Source: Spirochaetota bacterium (GTDB lineage Bacteria; Spirochaetota; UBA6919; CBDBPB01). Taken from it: a stretch of DNA of 64,000 bases. Shown here in pieces: positions 11,829 to 21,637 of this stretch. Made by a program: the position numbers and the translations under genes. The number at the start of each line of letters is the position of its first letter. Position 1 is the first letter of the stretch. Location: the NCBI GenBank assembly GCA_965208615.1, contig CBDBPB010000001.1:64001-128000 (forward strand), written 5' to 3'. Below the pieces are notes generated by a model. It saw nothing but the letters and a program-made list of their open reading frames with translations. It was not told the origin of the DNA and searched no databases.

Positions 11829-12338
11829 TTATTTTGCAGGTGCTAAAATCATAACAATTTGTCTACCTTCTAATCTAGGCTCACGTTCAATAGCAACCAT
11901 ACCTTTTAAGTCATCTTTTAGTTTTTTTAATATATTCATTCCAAGTTCTGTATGTGCCATTTCCCTTCCTCTAAACTGCATAGTCACCTTAACTTTATCA
12001 CCCTTAGAAATAAATGTGTTAATATGCTTAAGTTTATATTGATAATCGTGTCGGTCTATCTTTGGACGCATCTTAATCTCTTTTAACTGGATTTTCTTAG
12101 CATTCTTCTGAGATTTACGCCTTGCTTTTTTCTGATCAAACTTAAACTTACCGTAGTTCAATATCTTACAAACAGGAGGTCTAGAAGTAGGAGAAATTTC
12201 TACTAAATCAAGGTCTTTATCAAAGGCTATTTTCATAGCCTCCTCAGTTTTAATAACCCCATGTTGTTCGCCATTTTCTCCTATCAGCCTTACCTCAGGC
12301 ACTCTAATTTGTTTATTAACTCTATATTCTTTTTCTAT
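11829..12338 (-). CDS. infC: Translation initiation factor IF-3 with a non-canonical ATA start
   Basis: DLVEISP..PPVCKI, GDKVKV..FRGRE. The conserved RVNKQIR lies upstream of the track start; AGAGGT, 6 nt, then in-frame ATA at 12338. Confidence 0.95.
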   Translation of the reverse strand: MEKEYRVNKQIRVPEVRLIGENGEQHGVIKTEEAMKIAFDKDLDLVEISPTSRPPVCKILNYGKFKFDQKKARRKSQKNAKKIQLKEIKMRPKIDRHDYQYKLKHINTFISKGDKVKVTMQFRGREMAHTELGMNILKKLKDDLKGMVAIEREPRLEGRQIVMILAPAK

Positions 12339-12358
12339 GGCGATACCTCTAACTTTAT

Positions 12359-14275
12359 TTATCTTATTAATATTTCTTTTTCTAACTGCTCAATAAAAGA
12401 ATTTATATTAGTATGTCCTAATTCACCTTTATCACGACTTCTTACAGATAGCTCATTGTTTTCAAGTTCATTATCACCTAATATAATCATATATGGGATT
12501 TTTTCCAACTGTGATTTACGAATTTTATATCCTAATTTCTCATTTTGAAAGTCAATCTCTACTCTAATTTTTTTTCTTATAAGAAGTTCTTCAATTTTTT
12601 TAGCATAACTAAAATGTTTTTCTAAAATAGGAATTAACCTAACCTGTATAGGCGATAACCATAAAGGTAGTTTTCCAGCATAATGTTCTATTAAGATTCC
12701 AATAAATCGCTCTAATGAACCCAATATTGCCCTGTGAATCATAACAGGACTATGTTTTTGCCCGTCTGAACCTTCGTAATATAAATCCAACCTTTTTGCC
12801 ATAGAAAAATCAACCTGTATAGTACCACACTGCCAATCTCTTTCTAATGAGTCTTTAATATTAAACTCTATTTTAGGCCCATAAAAAGCACCTTCTCCCT
12901 CTTTTATTTGATAATCAATGTTTAGTTGTTCCAACGACTCCATTAAAGACTTGGTTGCATGATTCCAATCATCTTCACCGCCTATAAACTTGTCAGGCTT
13001 AGTAGCAAGATAAATAGTAAAATCCCTAAAGCCAACAGTTCTATAAACATAAAGAGTATAATCAATAAGGCCTATAATCTCATCTTTAACCTGACTCTTA
13101 AGACAATAAATATGAGCATCATCCTGAGTAAAGTTCCTAACACGAAATAAGCCATGAAGTACACCAGAAAGCTCATGCCTGTGAACTAAGCCAAACTCAG
13201 AAAACTTAATAGGAAGCTCTTTATAAGAATGAAGATTAGTTTTATAGATCAAACAATGTCCAGGGCAGTTCATAGGCTTAACTGCAAAGTTACGGTTGTC
13301 TATTTTAGTAAAATACATATTCTCCTTAAAGTTGTCATAATGGCCACTGGCGTGCCACAAAGACTCATGAAGAATAATAGGAGTTTTTACCTCTTTATAA
13401 CCACGCTTTTGATTCTCATGTTTTATTAAGTCTAGTAGAGCATCATAGACTATTGAACCTTTTGGATGCCAAAAAGGAAAACCTGTACCCTCATCATGAA
13501 AGCTAAATAACTGAAGCTCTTTTCCAAGTTTTCGATGATCCCGCTTTTTAGCCTCTTCTAGCCTATTAATATAAGATAACAAATCCTTTTTGGCAAAAAA
13601 AGCAGTTCCATAAATCCTTTGTAGCATCCTATTATTAGAATTACCACGCCAATATGCCCCTGCAATACTCAAAAGCTTAAATGCCTTTAAGTATTTGGTA
13701 TTAGGTATATGAGGACCTCTGCAAAGATCAGTAAAATTATCTTGACTATAAATAGATACCGTATCTATATTATTAGACTTAATATCCTCTAATATCTCAA
13801 CCTTATAAATATCTTCTTTAGTCCTAAAGTAGTTAATAGCTTTGTCAATATTGCTTTCCCGTCTTTCAAATACATAGCCCTCTTTAATAATGCTCTGCAT
13901 CTCAAGTTCAATCTTTTCCAAGTCCTCAGTGGTAAATGGAGACTTAACATCAAAGTCGTAATAAAATCCATCTTTAATAGCAGGCCCAATAGCATACTTA
14001 GCATCAGGAAATAACCTCTCTACTGCCTGTGCCATAATATGTGCCGCACTATGACGCAATATCTCTAAAGAAGATTCACTTTTAGACGTTATAACCTCTA
14101 AGTCAATATCACCCTTAACAACATAAGATAAATCCACTAACTCAGTATTAACCTTAGCAGCTATAGCATTCTTAGCAAAACCTCTACCAATATCCTTAGC
14201 AATATGCTCTATAGTAATACCTAAATCATACTCTCTCTGTGAGCCATCAGAAAGCTTAATCTTTACTTTGCTCAT
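12359..14275 (-). CDS. thrS: Threonine--tRNA ligase
   Basis: TGS domain, RHSAAH, DLCRGPH, KPMNCPGH, FYGPKI, HRAILGSLERF. Start is ATG 14275 or 14293. Confidence 0.98.
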   Translation of the reverse strand: MSKVKIKLSDGSQREYDLGITIEHIAKDIGRGFAKNAIAAKVNTELVDLSYVVKGDIDLEVITSKSESSLEILRHSAAHIMAQAVERLFPDAKYAIGPAIKDGFYYDFDVKSPFTTEDLEKIELEMQSIIKEGYVFERRESNIDKAINYFRTKEDIYKVEILEDIKSNNIDTVSIYSQDNFTDLCRGPHIPNTKYLKAFKLLSIAGAYWRGNSNNRMLQRIYGTAFFAKKDLLSYINRLEEAKKRDHRKLGKELQLFSFHDEGTGFPFWHPKGSIVYDALLDLIKHENQKRGYKEVKTPIILHESLWHASGHYDNFKENMYFTKIDNRNFAVKPMNCPGHCLIYKTNLHSYKELPIKFSEFGLVHRHELSGVLHGLFRVRNFTQDDAHIYCLKSQVKDEIIGLIDYTLYVYRTVGFRDFTIYLATKPDKFIGGEDDWNHATKSLMESLEQLNIDYQIKEGEGAFYGPKIEFNIKDSLERDWQCGTIQVDFSMAKRLDLYYEGSDGQKHSPVMIHRAILGSLERFIGILIEHYAGKLPLWLSPIQVRLIPILEKHFSYAKKIEELLIRKKIRVEIDFQNEKLGYKIRKSQLEKIPYMIILGDNELENNELSVRSRDKGELGHTNINSFIEQLEKEILIR

Positions 14276-14389
14276 AACATTATACGCCAACATTAAAAAG
14301 CATAAATAAACTATGCTTATTTAAAATAGTAAAACAATATACACCTTATAGACAGTCCTAATCTTAAGCAAGCATTTACTATACCTTAA

Positions 14390-15352
14390 TCATACAACTG
14401 CACTAGACTTCTTTTTAGACTTTCTTTGTCTAAGTAATTTCTTCTCTCTTTTAATAAGAAAGTTCTCCCACATAACTAATGCAGGACTAGCAATAAAAAT
14501 AGAACTATAAGTTCCAACAACAACTCCAATCAATAATGCAAACGAAAGATTCTTTAACGCATGCCCTCCTAAAATATATAAACATAAAACCACAAAAAAA
14601 GTAGTCAATGATGTTACCACTGTCCTACTCAGTGATTGATAAATACTCTTATTAACAACAAGCACATAATCATCAATATCCAAAAGACTCTTGTTCTCTC
14701 TAATCCTATCAAAAACTACTATGGTATCATTAAGTGAGTAACCCATAATAGTCATAAGTGCCACAACAGTAGATACATCCATTTCGCTATTAAAAAAAAG
14801 AATAAATGCCAAAACAATAGAAACATCATGTATTAATGCAATGATTGCGGCTACACCAAACTTAAACTGAAACCTAAGACCTATATAAAATAATATCAAA
14901 ACCAAAATAAGCAAACTAACAATAAGAGCTTGGTTTTTTATTATATCCCCTTGAGTAGGACTATAAATAGTCTCATTCTTAATCTCCATTTTAGGATATT
15001 TAAGCCTTAAAGGAGCTACAAGGTTTTTCTTAGAAAACTCCTTAATTCCTAATTCTTTTTTTTCTCCATCAGAATTGTACTCAAGGTCTTTATCGTTAAT
15101 GGATAATTTAATAATATACTCATTAGAATTGTCTAACAATTCAATAATATCAGCCCTATTCCCAACAACAGCAGTAATATCAGAGGAACTAACATTACTT
15201 TTAAAAGCTACCTGTAATTGCGCTCCTCCTTCAAAATCGCTACCGTAATCAAAGCCCTGTACAAATAAAAAAACAATGCCCAATATAATTATTAGCCCAG
15301 ATGCAGGATAAGCATATTTTTTAGCCTTAATAAAATCAAAAGTTTCTTTCAC
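14390..15352 (-). CDS. secF: Protein translocase subunit SecF
   Basis: GSDFEGG, ALIHDV, GYSLNDTIVVFDRIRE, GTYSSIFIA. Confidence 0.96.
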   Translation of the reverse strand: MKETFDFIKAKKYAYPASGLIIILGIVFLFVQGFDYGSDFEGGAQLQVAFKSNVSSSDITAVVGNRADIIELLDNSNEYIIKLSINDKDLEYNSDGEKKELGIKEFSKKNLVAPLRLKYPKMEIKNETIYSPTQGDIIKNQALIVSLLILVLILFYIGLRFQFKFGVAAIIALIHDVSIVLAFILFFNSEMDVSTVVALMTIMGYSLNDTIVVFDRIRENKSLLDIDDYVLVVNKSIYQSLSRTVVTSLTTFFVVLCLYILGGHALKNLSFALLIGVVVGTYSSIFIASPALVMWENFLIKREKKLLRQRKSKKKSSAVV

Positions 15353-15397
15353 ACTTAAGTCCTTAATTTATTGTGTTAGAAAATAAGTTAAAAATAC

Positions 15398-17356
15398 CTA
15401 TACATATACTTTCTTAAAACGAAAACCGTCTACAATTAAATCAAACATAAACCTAGTTACAAAAAGTGAAGTAAACATACTACTAATAATACCCCACATA
15501 AGAGTAAATCCAAAGCCCTTTATAATACCAGAACCAATCTGAGACAATATAAACGCCGCCAATATAGTAGTCAAATTGGAGTCAAAAATAGCAGAAAATG
15601 CTTTTCCATAACCGCCATCAATAACACTATGAACGGCTTTGCCTAGCCTATTTTCCTCACGTATTCGCTCAAATATTATAACATTAGCATCCACAGCCAT
15701 ACCCACAGTTAGAACTATACCAGCTATACCCGGTAGTGTAAGAGTAAAGTTGAAAGAGGATAAAATAGAAAGCAGTAAAAACATATTCAACAATAACGCA
15801 AAAACAGCTAATAAGCCACCAAGCCTATAATAAATAAGCATAAAAATAATAACTACACTAATACCAATAAGTATTGCATTTAATCCCTTTTCTTGATATT
15901 CTTTACCAAGCTTAGAATCAAGGGTTATCTCGCTCTCAACCCTTATCTTACCCGGCAAAGCACCAGCCTTCAATATGGCAACAAGACGCTTAACCTCTGA
16001 TAACTTTGGATTAGTACCCAATGTTATCTCTCCTCTATCCCTTATCTCGCTCCTAATAGACGGTGCACTCTTCACATTATCATCTAATACAATAGCAAGT
16101 TGTTTATTTATATTTTCTCTTGTAAGACGGGCAAACTTTTTTCCACCATCAGAGTCAAATTCAAAAACAACCCTTGGACTACCAGTTTGCTGATCATAGT
16201 CTATATGGGCATCACTAAGGTGAGTACCATCTACACCAACTATGTTTTTTAAAATAAGATAGCCTTTTAAGCTCGAGCTACCAAACTCTTCACCCTCTAT
16301 CACAGGATATATATTAGAATTATCTGTCTTATTAGAAAAAGTAATATTTTCATTTTCCTTTAAATAGTTAGTGAGCTCTTTTTTATTTAAATTTGCTCTA
16401 AGATAGCCAGCATATTCCCCTCTCTGGGTCTTATAGCTCAGTGGAATTTTATTCATTATATCATGATCAACTATTTGAAAAGTTAAGCGACCAGCTTCAG
16501 TTATAGTCTTTACAGTTGCCTCTACCTGACTTTTATCTAAACCAGGTAGCTCTACAAATATAGTATCCCCTAAACCCTTGCTAATAGTTGGTTCTGATAC
16601 CCCAAACTTATCTATACGGCTTCGGATAACAGTCATAGCCCTATCAGTAGCCTCATCAAGCTCTTTATCTAAACGTTCTTCATACTCATCTTGTAGTCTA
16701 ACCTTTCTTTTTTCTATTTCCTTTTGTAATTCAGCCTCTAATAAGTTATTGCCCTCATCCTTAATTTGAGCCTCTATAACCTCATTTTTCATTTTATTAT
16801 CATACAACCGCTTTAACTTATTCTCAGTGTCTTTCTGATCAACCTTTAATGTTAAATGAGTCCCACCAGCTAAATCCAAACCTAATTTAATTACCTTACC
16901 ACGCATCTCTTTAAAATAATTAAACTCGTTAAGAGTAGCTTGTCTTGCAACTACCTCTTGGCCTAACTTTAAAAACTTAGCTTTTGTATCAGCGTCAACT
17001 TTAGCAAAAACTTTTTGTATAATTAAATCTTTTTTAGTTAGATCAATAACATAGTCTTTATAGCCATTTTTTGATTCTTTTATATCTAAAATAACGCTGT
17101 CATTACTTTTATATTGAGCTTTTCTATTTTTTATAGGAATCATACTTCGCATTTTATATATTCTATTTTCAAGTTCATCGTTGATCTTTTTTAACTGATC
17201 ATTTGTCTTATTATACTGTTCTTTTTCATCTCCAAGTAAAAAGTACCAGTTGATGCTAGGAAATATACCCTGCGGAGGACTAATTAAGGGCCATAAGCCT
17301 ACAGAGCATATCCATAGTACAAACAAGATAATAAAAAAGCGACCTGATTTACTCAT
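15398..17356 (-). CDS. secD: Protein translocase subunit SecD
   Basis: LGLDLAGG, RIDKFGVSEP, LTLPGIAGIVLTVGMAVDANVIIFERIREE. Confidence 0.97.
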   Translation of the reverse strand: MSKSGRFFIILFVLWICSVGLWPLISPPQGIFPSINWYFLLGDEKEQYNKTNDQLKKINDELENRIYKMRSMIPIKNRKAQYKSNDSVILDIKESKNGYKDYVIDLTKKDLIIQKVFAKVDADTKAKFLKLGQEVVARQATLNEFNYFKEMRGKVIKLGLDLAGGTHLTLKVDQKDTENKLKRLYDNKMKNEVIEAQIKDEGNNLLEAELQKEIEKRKVRLQDEYEERLDKELDEATDRAMTVIRSRIDKFGVSEPTISKGLGDTIFVELPGLDKSQVEATVKTITEAGRLTFQIVDHDIMNKIPLSYKTQRGEYAGYLRANLNKKELTNYLKENENITFSNKTDNSNIYPVIEGEEFGSSSLKGYLILKNIVGVDGTHLSDAHIDYDQQTGSPRVVFEFDSDGGKKFARLTRENINKQLAIVLDDNVKSAPSIRSEIRDRGEITLGTNPKLSEVKRLVAILKAGALPGKIRVESEITLDSKLGKEYQEKGLNAILIGISVVIIFMLIYYRLGGLLAVFALLLNMFLLLSILSSFNFTLTLPGIAGIVLTVGMAVDANVIIFERIREENRLGKAVHSVIDGGYGKAFSAIFDSNLTTILAAFILSQIGSGIIKGFGFTLMWGIISSMFTSLFVTRFMFDLIVDGFRFKKVYV

Positions 17357-17416
17357 CCTAACTCCCAGATATTTTAAATATAATTCACAATAACACTAAA
17401 CCAACTATCTGCTAAA

Positions 17417-17737
17417 CTATACCTCACCTTTTGCTACAACCCTTGTTATAGCATTTTTATTAATCTCTACTTTAACATCATCAGCTATTTTAGCAACAAT
17501 AATATCATCCTTAATGCCTACAACGGTAGCATAAATCCCACCAGCAGTCATAAACCTATCACCCTTTGTCATAGTACTAACCTGGCTTTTAAGTTCTTTT
17601 TCTCTCTTTTTTTGAGGTCTTATTAATAAAAAATAAAATATAGCAAAAAACCCCACTATCATAAGTAAAGGCATATAACCAGAAAAGCCTCCAGCCTCAC
17701 CTGTTGCTTGGGCAAGAAATAATAAATCTAAATTCAT
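17417..17737 (-). CDS. yajC: Preprotein translocase subunit YajC
   Basis: FYFLLIRPQKKR, GD..MTAGGI; directly upstream of secDF. Confidence 0.96.
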   Translation of the reverse strand: MNLDLLFLAQATGEAGGFSGYMPLLMIVGFFAIFYFLLIRPQKKREKELKSQVSTMTKGDRFMTAGGIYATVVGIKDDIIVAKIADDVKVEINKNAITRVVAKGEV

Positions 17738-17985
17738 TTGTCTTCTCCTATTAACATTATTTACAGATTATTAACTCATACACTGATATATCTTAAACAC
17801 CCAATGTAATATTTAACTATAATGATTATCCAGCATACAAATTGTCAAATTATCATTCAAAACAATATATGTTATTTTTGAGGCTTAAGTATAATAAAAA
17901 AAAGATCTATCGACAAGGTCTTTACTACACTTATGTATATCTATATTCTAAAATATACCATAATTATTGAAGAATTATGGTATTA

Positions 17986-18020
17986 ATTGTTTTACTAGTG
18001 TAGAAAGGTATTATAAGCTA
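17986..18020. repeat. Imperfect direct repeat, copy 1 (partner at 19926-19960)
   Basis: attgttttactagtgtagaaaggtattataagcta versus attgttttagtagtgtagaaaggcattataagtta, 32/35 identical, with weaker similarity on both sides. Confidence 0.8.
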
Positions 18021-18109
18021 TCTTATATTCATAGAGCTTACTAAAATATAAATAAAACCTATTTAGCAATTGTCTTTAAATAATTCTTTACTTAAAAATT
18101 AGTAACAAC

Positions 18110-18146
18110 AAAAAAAGGGGCTAAGCAATAAATTGACTTAAGCCCC
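18110..18146 (-). terminator. Intrinsic terminator of the ankyrin gene
   Basis: ggggct...agcccc imperfect stem followed by a T run on the minus strand. Confidence 0.65.
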
Positions 18147-18232
18147 ATATTATAAGTAAGTTACATTGTACTATCTTATTATTTATATTAAAAAAGGTTT
18201 AACTTTCCTTAAGCTTAATACAACAATTAGGA

Positions 18233-19765
18233 TTATGGCTTAAGGAGCTTCTTTATTTCGTCAGTTTTTGCTATATCAAGTGGAGTTCTGCCTTTTTTAT
18301 CTTTTATATTAATATTGGCTCCTTTAGATAGTAATAATTTAACAACCTTTGGACGTTCATATTTAACAGCCATAAATAAAGGAGTTTTGCCTTTTTTATC
18401 TTTTTTATTAATCTTAGCTCCTTTAGACAGCATCATGCTAACAAACTCTGCCTTTCCATATTTAGAAGCCACATGTAAAGAAGTTTTGCCATGTTTTTTA
18501 CTTGCGGCATTAACCTTAGCCCCTTTAGATATTAATAATAGTCCAGTCTTTGTATGCCCATGTTCAGCGGCCTCATATAGAGGAGCGTTACCCTTCTTTA
18601 CAGTTGCTACATTAACTTTAGCCCCTTTAGATATTAATAACTTAGCTACCTCTGTCTTTCCAAACTCACTAGCCACATGTAAAGGGGTCCAACCACGATT
18701 TTCTTTTGCATTGACCTTAGCCTTATTAGATATTAATGATTTGGTTATCTTTACATCCCCCCAAAAAGAGGCCCTATGTAAAGGTGTATAACCGGTTTTA
18801 TCCTTTGCATTAACATTGGCTCTATTAGATATTAATAGATTAACAATTTCTGGAAGTTCGCTAATAACAGCCAGATGTAAAGGAGAGTTACCAAGAGCAT
18901 CTGCTGCATTAACATCGGCTTTTTTAGATATTAATAATTTAACAGCCTTTGAACGTCCATGTTGAACAGCCATCAATAAAGGAGTTCTGCTTTTTTTATC
19001 TTTTTTATTAACCTCAGCTCCTTTAGATAGTAATAAGCTAATAACCTTAGTTTTTCCATACTTAGAAGCCACATGTAAAGAAGTTTTGCCATGCTTTTTA
19101 CTTGCTCCATTAATCTTAGCTCCTTTAGATAATAAAAACTTGATTACTTCTATATGTCCATGCTCAGCGGCCTCATATAAAGGAGCGTTACCCTTTTTAG
19201 TCTCTATATCAACCTCAACGCCCTTATCTATTAATAATTTGACTACCTCTAACTTTCCAAACTCACCAGCTATATGTAAAGGACTCCAGCCACGATCATC
19301 AGGCTCAGCAACCTTAGCACCTTTATCTACTAATAACTTGGCAGTATTTATATCTCCACTATTAGCAACCCTATGTAAAGGAGTATTACCGGTTTTATCT
19401 TTTGCATTAACTTCAGCTCCTTTATTTATTAATAACTTGGCAACTTCTGGATGCCTACTAATAATAGCATTATGTAAAGGAGTATTACCAAATTCACCTA
19501 CTGCATTAACCCCAGCTCCCTTAGAAAGTAATAGTTGAGCTATCTTCATATCACCATTACCAGCAGCCATGTGTAAAAAAGTATTACCATTTTTGTCTGA
19601 TACATTAACCTCAGCTCCTTCACTTATTAACTTTTCTACTATTTTATAGTCGTTAGCTAAATTGTTAGTACTACTTTTAGATACTGATGTCTTTTTTGAT
19701 TGTCCACAATTTAGTACTAACGAAAAAGTTAACAAAAAGGTAATCACTGTGAGTAATTTTTTCAT
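18233..19765 (-). CDS. Ankyrin-repeat lipoprotein (about 14 repeats)
   Basis: GxTPLH...LLxKGAxVN repeats, signal peptide ending LVLNC, AGGAGG RBS. Confidence 0.93.
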   Translation of the reverse strand: MKKLLTVITFLLTFSLVLNCGQSKKTSVSKSSTNNLANDYKIVEKLISEGAEVNVSDKNGNTFLHMAAGNGDMKIAQLLLSKGAGVNAVGEFGNTPLHNAIISRHPEVAKLLINKGAEVNAKDKTGNTPLHRVANSGDINTAKLLVDKGAKVAEPDDRGWSPLHIAGEFGKLEVVKLLIDKGVEVDIETKKGNAPLYEAAEHGHIEVIKFLLSKGAKINGASKKHGKTSLHVASKYGKTKVISLLLSKGAEVNKKDKKSRTPLLMAVQHGRSKAVKLLISKKADVNAADALGNSPLHLAVISELPEIVNLLISNRANVNAKDKTGYTPLHRASFWGDVKITKSLISNKAKVNAKENRGWTPLHVASEFGKTEVAKLLISKGAKVNVATVKKGNAPLYEAAEHGHTKTGLLLISKGAKVNAASKKHGKTSLHVASKYGKAEFVSMMLSKGAKINKKDKKGKTPLFMAVKYERPKVVKLLLSKGANINIKDKKGRTPLDIAKTDEIKKLLKP

Positions 19766-19925
19766 TTTAAAGCCTCCTTAAAGATATATTTATTTTATTA
19801 ATAAAATATCAATAAAAGAGTGAAAAAGCAAATAGCTATTTATGGACAACATTAGTCAGTTAATCATCTATGCCACAAAAAGTAAACTTAATATTTACCT
19901 AATTATTACATAATAATTGTTATCG

Positions 19926-19960
19926 ATTGTTTTAGTAGTGTAGAAAGGCATTATAAGTTA
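19926..19960. repeat. Imperfect direct repeat, copy 2 (partner at 17986-18020)
   Basis: 32/35 identical to 17986-18020. Confidence 0.8.
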
Positions 19961-19988
19961 GTTTATCTTTCTAAAACTTCCTAGTTAA

Positions 19989-20025
19989 CATTTTTAATAA
20001 AAAAATAGTTTTTTTATTAAAAATG
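19989..20025. repeat. Perfect 17-bp AT-rich inverted repeat
   Basis: catttttaataaaaaaa-tag-tttttttattaaaaatg. Confidence 0.7.
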
Positions 20026-20039
20026 AGCTAATTTATAAA

Positions 20040-20110
20040 GTTAAATTTTAAAAATAACAAAACAGGGTAGGAGAAGGCGGGGCTATTTATAATAATGAAG
20101 AGCAAAAGTA
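20040..20110 (+). pseudogene. Remnant of a GGAIYN/FxxN beta-helix repeat gene
   Basis: Reads GEGGAIYNNEE. The 18-mer ggcggggctatttataat (20076-20093) is identical to 38721-38738. No open frame surrounds it. Confidence 0.45.
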
Positions 20111-20839
20111 TTCTAAGGTAATTTATCTTTTTTTAAAACTTAAAAAACACAGATTATGAAGTTATAGAAAGTGTTCTGATGAAGGTAAAAAGGTTATGAA
20201 AGAGGTTTTTGACAATGGGGATAAATATAAACATGTAGGTTTAGACTTTGAGTTAGGGCTGATAAGCATATTTATTTTTTTGTTAAGGTTAAAGGGATAT
20301 TATTTAATAATTTAGTTATCATTTTATGATAGAATTATAACGAGGCATACAAGGTAAAAAGGCAAGACATATAACGTAAAGGGAAGTGAATTCCAGATTT
20401 CTTTGTGGAACAGGAAAATTAAAATATTCATGGAAAAGTTATTTCCTTGTGTCAAGCAGGTTATCCCTTTATGCTCTTTAAGTGCTGCTTAAATGCCTTA
20501 GCAATGAACACAAAATATCACTTTTTATGCAAGTAGTCATCACTACGAGAGCTATTAAGAATCCCTTGCTGAGACTAAGGATTATAGACCTTTATTAAGT
20601 GTTAACGGATTTATTGTTCTATAAAAGGATAGAGCGGATTATTGGAATATTCTATATTGACTTTATGTGTATATTTCTATGGGAATTAAAAATAATAGAA
20701 CAGCTTATACCTATAAAAATTGATTAACTTAGAACGTTTTTACAATAAACTACTAAAACGCTTGATAACAAATTGTATCCCATTTGAGTAAATAATAAAT
20801 AAATAAAACCTAAAATAATCCTAATTATGAATGTATTAT

Positions 20840-21430
20840 CTATTTTATAAAACGCTTTTTAATAACCACCGTAGAACCTACTATATCATGAAAAGCACGT
20901 CTTTGCTTATTCCTAAATAAAACCACTAAATTAATTATAATCCATATCAAAAAAGATATACCAATAAAAATTGATAAACTTTCTATCCATGCTAAATAAG
21001 GAATAACTCCTCCTCCCCAAGCATAAATAAAATCTCTCTCCAAAAAAACCCAAAAAATAAATGAAAACATAACTAACAAAATAACTTCAACTAAAGAACG
21101 TCTTAATACCCTAAGCCATCTAACAGAAGAACCATCCACTCCCCTAACCCGAATGCCAACTATAAACTTTCCTAATGTGGCTCCAAAAAATATGGTAAGG
21201 ACTAACTTATATATCAAATAAAAAGTTAATAAAAAAATAACTATAGTAGGTGCATATACTCTATAGTCAATACCAAGAGGATATAAGCCGCTTTGGATTA
21301 TTATAACTAAAATAGCAATAATAATTGAAACATCCAGTAAAAAAGCGGCTAATCGTCTCATAAGTCCAACGTAAACCTTAGTTCCATCTACGGTTAAAGG
21401 TAAAAAGTTATTATCTTTCCCGCTATCCAT
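20840..21430 (-). CDS. RDD family membrane protein
   Basis: RRLAAFLLD, GATLGK..VGIRV, RRAFHDIVGSTVV. Confidence 0.88.
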   Translation of the reverse strand: MDSGKDNNFLPLTVDGTKVYVGLMRRLAAFLLDVSIIIAILVIIIQSGLYPLGIDYRVYAPTIVIFLLTFYLIYKLVLTIFFGATLGKFIVGIRVRGVDGSSVRWLRVLRRSLVEVILLVMFSFIFWVFLERDFIYAWGGGVIPYLAWIESLSIFIGISFLIWIIINLVVLFRNKQRRAFHDIVGSTVVIKKRFIK

Positions 21431-21637
21431 TTATAACACCCCTTTTTCTAAAACCTTAAAATATTATCCGCATTATCTGACTAATAAACTTAACTATGAA
21501 AATTATATTAGTAAAGAAATCTATAAAAAAAACAATAAAAATTACGTCAACAATACTTAACAATTAAGTTAAAAAAAAGAAATTGCATTGTAAAAAAGTG
21601 TTAACTTAAAAATATAATATATAAGGGAGTCTAAAAT

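Noticed and set aside
18315-19538. Antisense ORFs inside the ankyrin genes (also 31018-31233 and 33013-33297)
   Set aside because: These are shadow frames produced by the repetitive sense codons, with no independent features
20340-20400. c-di-GMP-I riboswitch-like words (ggtaaa...acgtaaag)
   Set aside because: No GNRA-capped P2 stem or convincing pairing, and no downstream gene on that strand
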